DNA of 64,000 bases from an uncultured delta proteobacterium (lineage in GTDB: Bacteria > Myxococcota > Myxococcia > Myxococcales > Myxococcaceae), in contig CAVYSY010000050.1 of assembly GCA_963771175.1 (NCBI GenBank), positions 32,001 to 96,000 of the forward strand, written 5' to 3'. Position 1 is the first letter of the stretch; every line of letters begins with the position of its first letter. The notes beneath the pieces are model-generated. The model was not told where the DNA came from, made no database searches, and was given only the letters and a program-made list of their open reading frames with translations. Below are positions 10,067 to 17,938 of this stretch, in pieces. A program made the position numbers and the translations under genes.

Positions 10067-13037
10067 CGGCACGGAGCTGCTGGCTCACCGCGCGGAAGAA
10101 GCCGGTGAGCAGCTCCGGGCGGTCCGCCAGCAGATCGAGGAAGTCGCGCCGATCGATGACCAGCACCCGCGTGTCCTCCACCGCGACGATGTCCGTGGGG
10201 CGGGGCGCTCCATCCAGCAGGCTCAAGTCGCCGAAGGTATCCTTGGACCGCATCCGCAGCACGTGCTCGCCGTTGCTGATGGCGTCCACCGAGCCCTCGA
10301 TGATGACGTAGAGCGCGTCGCCCGGGTCTCCCTCCCGATAGACCTGCTCGCCCGCCCGGAAGCGCGCCTCGCGGGCGATCGTCGCCACCGCGGCCACGTC
10401 GTCCACGTCGTTCTGCGAGAAGACGTGGACCTCCTCCAGGAGGAACAGCTTCTGCACCGTCGCCTGGCTCATGTCTCCCTCTTGAGGCGGCGGCAGATCC
10501 ATGCCGATCCGGCCCGCCACGTAGCGCGCACATGCGCGCAGCACCACATCCTCGCTGCGGCACAGCCACGCGAGGTGCGCCTCCAGCTGCCCCAGCGAGC
10601 CCGGCGGCAGGTCGCGGTGGTGCGACTCCACCTGTTCCAGCACCAGCGCCCGGTCCTGCTCGACCGTCAGCGTCTCCAGCAGCTCCATCGCGTAGGCGCG
10701 CCGCCGCGGATCATGCCCCGACAGGTGCTGGTGCACGCGCCGCATCACGTGGGGCGGGTGCAGCAGGCCCAAGAGGAAGAAGCACAGCTCCAGCGCCTGA
10801 TCCAGCCGATCCCCCACCGCACGCGTCAGCAGCGAGTGGTCCCCCAGCGCCGTGCGCAGGTCTCGGAAGGGCTCCACCAGGGCGCGGTACGTGTCGCGCC
10901 GCCGGCCCAGGGCCTCGCGCACGCGGTCCTCGTCCACCGGGTGCTCGGGGTGCTCGTCGCGCAGGCGCGACAGCTCCGCGCCGATGCGGAAGTGCAGCCG
11001 CGCATCGTCGCGCACGTTGGAGAAGAGCAGGGCGTTCAGCGCCGCCGACGTGCCGATGTGACGCAGCACGCGCGGCACCTGCAGCCGCATGGGCAGTGGC
11101 GCGGACAGGTCGTTGAGCGTCGACTCCAGCAGCGGCGTCACCGCGTCACCCAGCTCGGCCAGGGCCGCGCGGGCCTCGCGCCGCTCCTCGCGCCAGGTGA
11201 GGAACGTCAGCAGCCGGGGCGCCAGCTTCACGTAGCCGCCCTCGCCCACGGAGCGCACCGCCACCCGCCGCACCGAGCTGTCCGGATCGTTCAGGAAGGG
11301 CGTCAGCATGGGCATGAAGGTCGGATCCTTCAGCCGGCCGAACAGCCGGGCCACCTCGCGGCGATCCGACACCGGGGCCTGCGAGCCACGGGCCGCCAGC
11401 GCTCCCAGCGACACGAGCGCCGCGGCGCGCCACCGGGTGCCCATGAGCGCGCCAACGGCCGCGCAGCGCAGCCCCGCATCCGGGCTCTGCAGCAAGGGTG
11501 GCAGCAGCACCTCGGCTCGCACCGGCGCCAGCTTCGCCAGCGCCCACACCGCGCTGTCCCTCGGGCGGCGAGCGCCCTGGGTCATCAGCTCCTCCAGCAG
11601 CGGGGCCGTCTCGGTGGCCCCCAGCTCCAGCGCGAGCGACACGCCCCGCTCCTGCACCCGCTCGTGCGTGTGGCGCATCAGCAGGGACAGGTGCGGCCGT
11701 AGGGGCAGCCCGCCCTGCTCCATGAGCTCCACCGCGCTCAGCACGCGCTCCGGCGCGCTCGAGCCGAGCGCCTCCACCAGCAGCCTCCGGTCCTCGCGGC
11801 CCAGCCTGTCGTCGTCCTCGTGGGCGCCCACCTGCTCACCGAGCGCCTCCACGTAGGCCGGCCGCAGGCGCAGCAGCAGCACGCCGAGCACCACGCACAG
11901 GCCCACCACCGCCAGCGCCATGGTGGCGCCGTCGGCCGCGCGGCCCGCGCCGATGAGCAGCACGCCCGCCACCACCGTGCCGGCCTTGCGCAGCAGCCCG
12001 TCCACCGCGCCGCGCAGCGCCTCGCGCTCGGTGTCCGGCACGGCCGCGTAGAGGAGTTGTACGCCCACCGGCAGCAGCGAGTAGTTGACCGCGTTCTCCA
12101 GCAGCCGCAGCAGGTGGATGGGCCACAGCTCCGTCGTCAACAGCGAGGCCACCGCCAGCGGGGCCATCGCTCCCGGCAGCAGCGCCAGGTAGCGCATCAG
12201 CCCCAGCCGCCTGAGGAGCCACTCGGCCACGAGGAGCTGGAAGATGACGCACAGCAGGCCGATCCACAGTTGCAGCGAGCCGAAGAGGGCCGCCAGCCCG
12301 TCCTCACTGAGCGTGCGCTCCACGCGCAGCCGGAAGAGGTAGTCCACGAAGGAGGACAGCACCGCGAAGGACACGGCCAGACCGGCCAGTACCCGGGCGT
12401 AGCTGCTGGCGGCGAGGTACTCCCAGGGCGCCACGGCCGTGGCGATGTGGCGGGCGCGAGTGGGTTGCGGCTCCGAGCCCTGGTGGAAGTGGAAGGCCAC
12501 CCCCGCGCCGAACAGGGCCAGCGCCCCTCCAATGACGACCGAGGCCGTGCCGAGCGGCTCGGCGAGGGACTGCACCAGCAACCCGCCCAGCATGCCTCCC
12601 GCCATGCCCACGCCGTTGAGCGCGGTGAAGGCCCGCCGGGCCTCGCGCGCGTTGAAGGCCGACGCCATCCGCCCCCAGAAGCGCAGGGCGATGAACGTGG
12701 TGAAGGCGTCCACGAAGAGGTACAGCACCAGCGCGGGAATCCGCTGGCCCATCGACACGCCCGCGGCCAGCCCCAGTACCACCAGCGCGCCCGCTCCGGT
12801 GAGGACGCTGAGGGACTCGGTGGGCGCGTGGGACTCCCTGCGCGGCAGCAACGTCAGCGCCGCCACCAGCAGCGCGCTCACCAGGTACAGGTAGGGCAGG
12901 GCGTGCGACTCGAAGCGCGACAACACGAGCGCGTTCGCAGCCGTCTTGAGCTGCGTCACGCCAGCGATGAGGGCGAACTGGAACGTCGCCGCGGGCCACA
13001 GGCGGTGGCCCCAGGACTGTACCTCTTGGGCTGCCAC
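9957..13037 (-). CDS. NTP-transporter-like (TLC/MFS) membrane domain + HEAT repeats + C-terminal cNMP-binding domain
   Basis: About 11-12 TM segments, ALVLSRF...LPYLY and EARRAF motifs, HEAT-type repeats (LNDPDSSVRRVA), cNMP motif FGDLSLLDGAPR. Confidence 0.88.
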   Translation of the reverse strand: MAAQEVQSWGHRLWPAATFQFALIAGVTQLKTAANALVLSRFESHALPYLYLVSALLVAALTLLPRRESHAPTESLSVLTGAGALVVLGLAAGVSMGQRIPALVLYLFVDAFTTFIALRFWGRMASAFNAREARRAFTALNGVGMAGGMLGGLLVQSLAEPLGTASVVIGGALALFGAGVAFHFHQGSEPQPTRARHIATAVAPWEYLAASSYARVLAGLAVSFAVLSSFVDYLFRLRVERTLSEDGLAALFGSLQLWIGLLCVIFQLLVAEWLLRRLGLMRYLALLPGAMAPLAVASLLTTELWPIHLLRLLENAVNYSLLPVGVQLLYAAVPDTEREALRGAVDGLLRKAGTVVAGVLLIGAGRAADGATMALAVVGLCVVLGVLLLRLRPAYVEALGEQVGAHEDDDRLGREDRRLLVEALGSSAPERVLSAVELMEQGGLPLRPHLSLLMRHTHERVQERGVSLALELGATETAPLLEELMTQGARRPRDSAVWALAKLAPVRAEVLLPPLLQSPDAGLRCAAVGALMGTRWRAAALVSLGALAARGSQAPVSDRREVARLFGRLKDPTFMPMLTPFLNDPDSSVRRVAVRSVGEGGYVKLAPRLLTFLTWREERREARAALAELGDAVTPLLESTLNDLSAPLPMRLQVPRVLRHIGTSAALNALLFSNVRDDARLHFRIGAELSRLRDEHPEHPVDEDRVREALGRRRDTYRALVEPFRDLRTALGDHSLLTRAVGDRLDQALELCFFLLGLLHPPHVMRRVHQHLSGHDPRRRAYAMELLETLTVEQDRALVLEQVESHHRDLPPGSLGQLEAHLAWLCRSEDVVLRACARYVAGRIGMDLPPPQEGDMSQATVQKLFLLEEVHVFSQNDVDDVAAVATIAREARFRAGEQVYREGDPGDALYVIIEGSVDAISNGEHVLRMRSKDTFGDLSLLDGAPRPTDIVAVEDTRVLVIDRRDFLDLLADRPELLTGFFRAVSQQLRAVIQSSEPRHPGQVVELGEHRQEEENPTPGQKRPLAG

Positions 13038-13239
13038 GGGCAGTTCACTCTAGCTGGCAAAAACCGGAATTTCCAGAACGAATCTCCGGTCCCTCCCCAG
13101 GACAGCAGGCGCTCGAGAAACAGCGAGGGGGCGCGGCATCAGATGGGGGCTGAGGGATTCTCGTCCGTCAGCTCCAGCCGCTCGTTTCCCGGAGGGCGGG
13201 TTGCACGCCCGGCACCATGCGGAGGCCCCTACCCGGCGC

Positions 13240-13301
13240 CACTTCTGGACGTCCAGAAGTGATGTGTGTGGATGTGGTATGCTTCTGGACGTCCAGAAGT
13301 G
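13240..13301. repeat. Left palindrome doublet
   Basis: CACTTCTGGACGTCCAGAAGTG (13240-13261) and CTTCTGGACGTCCAGAAG (13282-13299); centres 40 bp apart. Confidence 0.97.
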
Positions 13302-13419
13302 ACCCGCGCACCGGGGCGCGACCACGAACCGCTCGCCGTGACGCTCGTCTGTCCTTGTCCGCGCCAAGGGCCGAAGTGCGGTGCGGGCCGTCGCCACCAT
13401 GGAACCCGGAAGCGTCGCG

Positions 13420-13553
13420 CTTCAGGTCGCCGCTGGTGGAATCCAACTCTCACATTCGGGGAGAACCCAAATGCCTCCTCAACAGCGCTTGGCCTTCCTT
13501 CAACGACACGCCTTCAGGCTGGCTGCCAGATAGATATCGTATTCCAGCGCCAT
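13420..13553 (-). pseudogene. Decayed second SitI3-like immunity gene
   Basis: ATG at 13553 reads MALEYDIYLAASLK then stops; a nearby segment reads AVEEAFGFSPNVRVGF, matching MGLDYSLQLSTDM and IMEEGFGFRPNLIVLF of the adjacent gene; the middle is deleted. Confidence 0.72.
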
Positions 13554-13556
13554 GCG

Positions 13557-14015
13557 TCACAGAAACGGTGAGGGCAGGGACCTGCGCACGAATGGCACGG
13601 GAATTATGCGCTCCAACCAGCGCTCGTCGGCATGGAGGAGATAGTCCGCGTTGAACACGAGTTGCCCCCCAATCCGCTGGAGGACAATGATCTCCCCGTT
13701 GAAGAGCAGCACCCCGTCTTGCCCATGGTTCAACATCAGCAGTGTGCCCTGCAGCATTGTCTGCACGAAGTTGGTGTAGTCGTGGTTCGAGGGAAAGCGA
13801 AACAGCACAATCAGGTTGGGCCTGAATCCGAAGCCCTCCTCCATGATGCACCGTGATTGCTCATCCAACTCACCCGCGGCGACAATGATGTCCGTACCAC
13901 AGAGAAATGCATCTTCCTCACTCGATTGGAGTCCCTGGATATTCTCAGCAAGCAAGCCAAGAGCCTGTGCTCAATCCATGTCTGTCGAGAGTTGAAGACT
14001 ATAGTCAAGTCCCAC
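13557..14015 (-). pseudogene. sitI3: SitI3-family immunity protein with in-frame TGA at codon 15
   Basis: GTG 14015 after GGAGAGGA reads MGLDYSLQLSTDMD*AQALGLLAENI...DGVLLFNGEIIVLQRIGGQL; TGA at 13971-13973; 132-aa ORF remains from TTG 13955. Confidence 0.8.
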
Positions 14016-14051
14016 GCACAGTTCCTCTCCGTAAAACACGCTCCAGGGCTC

Positions 14052-15410
14052 TCAAGGAAAGAGCAAAACGAGCTTACCGTCCTTGATGGCGATGACCTCC
14101 TTGAGCCCTGGGATGGGCCAGTCCAACAACTGCTTCTTCATCGCTTCGATTGTTACGCTACTGTCCTCGAGGTTCAGGATGATTTTGTCAGCTTGCCCTA
14201 GGTCTACCTTCTCCCTCTGGATGCGCGAAGCAATGTTGCGCGCATTCGGCGTGGATGGGGCCAAACAGTCATAATACTCCCCGTCTATTTTATAATCGGG
14301 TTTCTTGAGGCCGAGCGGAACAGGATTCTGCTGCACATCGTAGCCGTTGTCGGCGAGGAGACGGGCCGACTCGTTCTCGCGCTCAATCGCCCTCAGGTTG
14401 TCCGTGTCCTTCTCGTCGGCACCGGGCTTGGTGGGCTTGCCGGTGAGGCTGCCCTTCTTCGGAGGCGGAGCCCCGCCGCCCGGCCCCAAGGCACTGGCCG
14501 CCACCGCCGTGGGCGCCAACCCCACCACCAGATCCTTGGCTCCCACCACCACCGTGCTCACCTGTCCCGCCGCCTCCAGCCTCACCCCCAGGCGCACCGA
14601 CGACAGCAACGCCGCTTGTCCGAAGCCGGGCAGCCTCGGCCCCCGGCCCACCAGTCCCGACTGCCCCGACAGCGCCGCCGTCGCCAGCAGCAGCAGCACC
14701 CGCATGCCGTTGTCCCCCAGCACCCGGCCAAAGCGCTGGCCCGCCTCCCTCAGCTCCTCGCTCGTCTTCGCCCGCTCGGCCTCCTCCAGCAGCATCCCCC
14801 CCGCGTTCACCATCGCCCGCATCGGCCCCAACCCCAGGTACACCACCAGGAACAACGTCAGCACCGCGGCGATGCCTTTCGTCACCGGCTCGGGCACTGG
14901 CACCAGCAGCAGCACCAGGTAGGTACACAGCGCCGTGTACACCATGACCTTGAAGGCCAGCGGGTCCAGGTACTCGCTGATGGGCACGGCGGCCCCTTCC
15001 CACACGGTGTCCATGGCGAAGGAGAGCGCCAACCGCAGGCGCGCCAGCACCTCCGGAGGCGGGGCGTTGTCCGGCAGCACCAGACAGCCCTCCGGCCCCT
15101 CCGAGGCCGAGCACTGGCGCTCCAGCAACTCCTGAGCCGTGTCCCGAGCGCTCAAGCCCCATGAGGCCCGCACCACCCGGCCCTCCCGTCTCGGCGGTTG
15201 GAGGGACAGGGGCGTCTGGAGCACCAGGTCCGTCAGGGCCGAGACGAATTCCTCCTGGCTCACTTCCACCGGCGGGGGCTCGTCGGCCGGGGGCGAGTAG
15301 ACGAGGGGCGCGCCCTGGCCCGTGTCCAGGCGCACCTGGGGCCCGCTCACACAGTCGGCCAGCCAGGGCACCACCAGCAGCAACCCGAGTCCACTCCAGG
15401 CGTGGCGCAT
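14052..15410 (-). CDS. sitA: SitA5-type polymorphic lipoprotein toxin with CdiA-CT-like PD-(D/E)xK tRNase domain
   Basis: AAGGAGGAG RBS before ATG 15410; signal ending LADC; VRLDTGQG, PEPVTKGIAA, AGQRFGRVLG escort motifs; AT-richer C-terminus RENESARLLADNGYDVQQNP...KPDYKIDGEYYDCLAP...GQADKIILNL. Confidence 0.85.
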   Translation of the reverse strand: MRHAWSGLGLLLVVPWLADCVSGPQVRLDTGQGAPLVYSPPADEPPPVEVSQEEFVSALTDLVLQTPLSLQPPRREGRVVRASWGLSARDTAQELLERQCSASEGPEGCLVLPDNAPPPEVLARLRLALSFAMDTVWEGAAVPISEYLDPLAFKVMVYTALCTYLVLLLVPVPEPVTKGIAAVLTLFLVVYLGLGPMRAMVNAGGMLLEEAERAKTSEELREAGQRFGRVLGDNGMRVLLLLATAALSGQSGLVGRGPRLPGFGQAALLSSVRLGVRLEAAGQVSTVVVGAKDLVVGLAPTAVAASALGPGGGAPPPKKGSLTGKPTKPGADEKDTDNLRAIERENESARLLADNGYDVQQNPVPLGLKKPDYKIDGEYYDCLAPSTPNARNIASRIQREKVDLGQADKIILNLEDSSVTIEAMKKQLLDWPIPGLKEVIAIKDGKLVLLFP

Positions 15411-15554
15411 GTGCTCCTCCTTCCGCCGCCTTGGGTAGGGAGCGTGTCTCAGGAGTCTAGAGGGCGGGTCCGACAGGGCCACCAGACGCGACAGTCATTC
15501 AATGGGTTGCAATCCACGCATGCCGCCATCGGGCCATGGGAACGTCACACCATG

Positions 15555-15705
15555 CGTGACCTTCGTGACGGTGTATTCGCGGGACGGCCAGAATAGGAAG
15601 GGCGAGGACGTCGGCGTGGTCTCGAGCAGCGGAGAGACGTATCTCCGGACCGACAACAACTCGACTCGGGCGGACAATCTGGGCGCGCTGCCCGAGTACG
15701 CTTGA
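15555..15705 (+). pseudogene. DUF3892-like C-terminal fragment
   Basis: FVTVY...GEDVGVV...TYLRTDNNSTRADNLGALPEY*; no convincing 5' end. Confidence 0.65.
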
Positions 15706-15713
15706 ACGGTGGG

Positions 15714-15747
15714 GACCTCGATCTTCAGCAACCTGAAGATCGAGGTC
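15714..15747. other. Perfect 15-bp hairpin (terminator-like or part of a structured RNA)
   Basis: GACCTCGATCTTCAG-CAAC-CTGAAGATCGAGGTC. Confidence 0.9.
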
Positions 15748-15961
15748 AGCCGTGACGCTGACCGCGATGGCGCAGCGCGGGCGAGCAAGTCCTGGCGCTG
15801 CGTGAGTCAGGGAGTCATTGGCTGGATGTGACTCCCTGGGTCAGCTTCAGACTGGCATTTGAACTGAGTCTGTTCCGGCTTCTGGTGGAAAGGGTCTTCA
15901 GCGTTCCACTCGGCTTTGCGCGTGCGGAGTCCCTGATTCGATCGAGGGGCTTCATGCAGGT

Positions 15962-16049
15962 GACTTCTGGACGTCCAGAAGCATCGCACATGCACTTACG
16001 ACGTGGGCGCACATGTGCATACATCACTTCTGGACGTCCAGAAGTGATG
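15962..16049. repeat. Right palindrome doublet
   Basis: CTTCTGGACGTCCAGAAG (15964-15981) and 28-bp CATCACTTCTGGACGTCCAGAAGTGATG (16022-16049); centres 63 bp apart. Confidence 0.97.
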
Positions 16050-16091
16050 CCACGAATGGGGGCAGTACCCGTCCAGGTGCTCCGTGTCCGT

Positions 16092-17073
16092 TCAGTCCTT
16101 TGCCGCGCCGCCGAGAATCCACGAGCGGATGCGCACGAGCTCGCCCGGGTGGGTGTCGAAGTGCGTGGGCTGCTTGCGCGGCATGCGGCTGCCGCAGCGC
16201 GTCCCGGAGAGCTTCATCACGAGCTCGGAGGCGTCCGGTTCCCCAGGTTGCACCCGTCGCGAACTCCTCGCAGGCCCGCGTCTCCGCCTTCACCCCGACG
16301 AGCGCCTCGTGGCTCCGGGCCGGCGACAGGTCCAGCCCGCCGCTCCTGCCATGACACCCGGTACACAGCGAGTCCCAGAGCACCTGGATGTCCTGGGCGT
16401 AGCGGGGCACCCGCACCGGCACCGGCACCGTCCGGCGCACCGGGGGGCCATGGCCATCCGACACGAGGACCTCGAAGGTGAAGGCCGTCTCGACGCCCAC
16501 CGCGGGCGAGAACCAGGAGACGCTCGCCCCCTCCGGCCCCGAGACGAAGGTGCCGGACGGCGCGGGCCCGACCTGATGCCAGACGTACGTGAGGGCATCT
16601 CCGTCCGGGTCACTCGCCCTCACCGAGAGCGTGAGGGTGTCTCCGGCCCTCGCCAGCGCGGGCGAGGCCACCGGCTCCCCGTCGAACACCGGCGCTCCAT
16701 TCCTCCGATTCGACGGAGGCTGGACCTTCACCTGGACCTCGGACTGCGTGGTGCCTCCGTTCGCGTCCGTCACGGTGACCTGCAGCGTGAAGGTCCGCGC
16801 CGACTTCACCACCGGGGCCAGCCAGGTGGGTGAGGGCGAGGAAGGATCGCTGAACGTCCCCGCGGGCGAGTCGGGAAGCTGCTTCCATGCGTAGGTGAGC
16901 GCCCCTCCGGCGGGGTCCACGGCTTGGATGGACAGCTTTACCGGTAGTGGACCCTCGACGAGACCGGGTCGAGCGGAGGGGCCCCGGAGGACGACCGGAG
17001 CGCCACATGCACAACAGATGAGGACACAGACGAGCGCGAGTCGTGCGACGACACGCTTCCCCGAAGACAGCAT
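16092..17073 (-). CDS. PKD/Ig-like repeat lipoprotein with C-terminal c-type cytochrome domain, frameshift near 16260
   Basis: Two Ig-like repeats (DP-x-G-x-ALTY-x-W-x-Q), CTGCH heme motif; shifted frame gives RVQPGEPDASELVMKL...RMP...IRSWILGGAAKD* ending at 16092. Confidence 0.82.
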
Positions 17074-17216
17074 GGGCCACCCCCTCCCGGGTACCGCGTC
17101 ACGACAAACGGAAAGCTAGTCAGTGATGGCCACCGTGCATGACGCGAACTCCCGGTTGCTTGCCGCCCCGGGTCCGGTTTGAGTACGAGGCTCATTGGTC
17201 CTACTCTGGGGGAGTC

Positions 17217-17909
17217 ATGCTCACCGCCGTTCTCCTTGCCCTTCTGTGTTCGACTCCCGACGCCGCTCGCGCGACACTGCCACCGGAGGCGCTCGGTGCG
17301 CCCCCTCGGGCGGACGAGTCTCCAACTGCCTGGGCCTGCACGGTCGAGACCCTGCGGGCGGGCCGTGAATGTGTCTTCGAGGCGGAGGTGACTGCCTCCA
17401 CCTCCACCGATGTCCAGGCGCAGGCGGCCAGCAACATCCGCACGCTCAAGGAGATCGGTCACGCGCTGTGCGCGCAGGCCGCGAAGCCGCCCTCGGGAAT
17501 CGCGGGGGACAAGAACCTGGTGGCGCAGTGCGAGCGCAAGTACGCGGACACCTCGGAGGACGCGTGTGGCCTGGAGGGCAAGGTGCCCATCATCGACGCG
17601 AAGGGCCGCTTCGCGCCGGCCGCGCGCGCCTGCTACCGCCAGCTCTCCTCGGTGTTGCAGGACACCGCGATGATGGCGACGGTGGCCTCGGCGTGCTGCC
17701 AGTGCGCCGAGAAGCGTGGCTGCCCGAGCGCGGGTGAGCGTTGCCACGAGAACGTGTCGCGCCAGGATGTGGCCGGGACCGCGCTCGCGTGTCTGTCCAG
17801 CCAGTGCGGCGAGGCGTGTGCCCTGATGATGCCGGCGTCCCGTTCCATGGGGAGTGTCCGGCCCACGAAACAGGCTCGCGGGTCGGCGCGGGCCGATGGG
17901 TCGCTGTAA
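17217..17909 (+). CDS. Cys-rich secreted hypothetical protein
   Basis: Signal peptide MLTAVLLALL, many Cys, GGGGAG RBS. Confidence 0.8.
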   Translation: MLTAVLLALLCSTPDAARATLPPEALGAPPRADESPTAWACTVETLRAGRECVFEAEVTASTSTDVQAQAASNIRTLKEIGHALCAQAAKPPSGIAGDKNLVAQCERKYADTSEDACGLEGKVPIIDAKGRFAPAARACYRQLSSVLQDTAMMATVASACCQCAEKRGCPSAGERCHENVSRQDVAGTALACLSSQCGEACALMMPASRSMGSVRPTKQARGSARADGSL

Positions 17910-17938
17910 TGGCGACCGGCGGGATGGAGCGAGGAACC

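Larger units (their letters stand above)
13240..16049. mobile_element. Putative non-autonomous cassette bounded by inverted palindrome doublets, carrying toxin-immunity genes
   Basis: Left and right doublets align as an inverted repeat; interior partly AT-richer than flanks; no transposase or integrase inside. Confidence 0.55.

Noticed and set aside
13243..13258. Canonical chromosomal parS
   Set aside because: Arms differ from TGTTTC/GAAACA; only the length and central ACGT match.
13971..13973. Selenocysteine codon in the immunity gene
   Set aside because: Not a redox Cys position and no evident SECIS hairpin just downstream.
15706..15740. TVGTSIFSNL as the start of a CARF/Csm6-like protein
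   Set aside because: No start codon or continuation; the sequence is explained by the 15-bp hairpin.
13240..16049. Palindrome pairs as mini CRISPR arrays
   Set aside because: Only two units per side, loop-less perfect palindromes, unequal spacers (22 and 45 bp) that resemble each other, and no cas genes.
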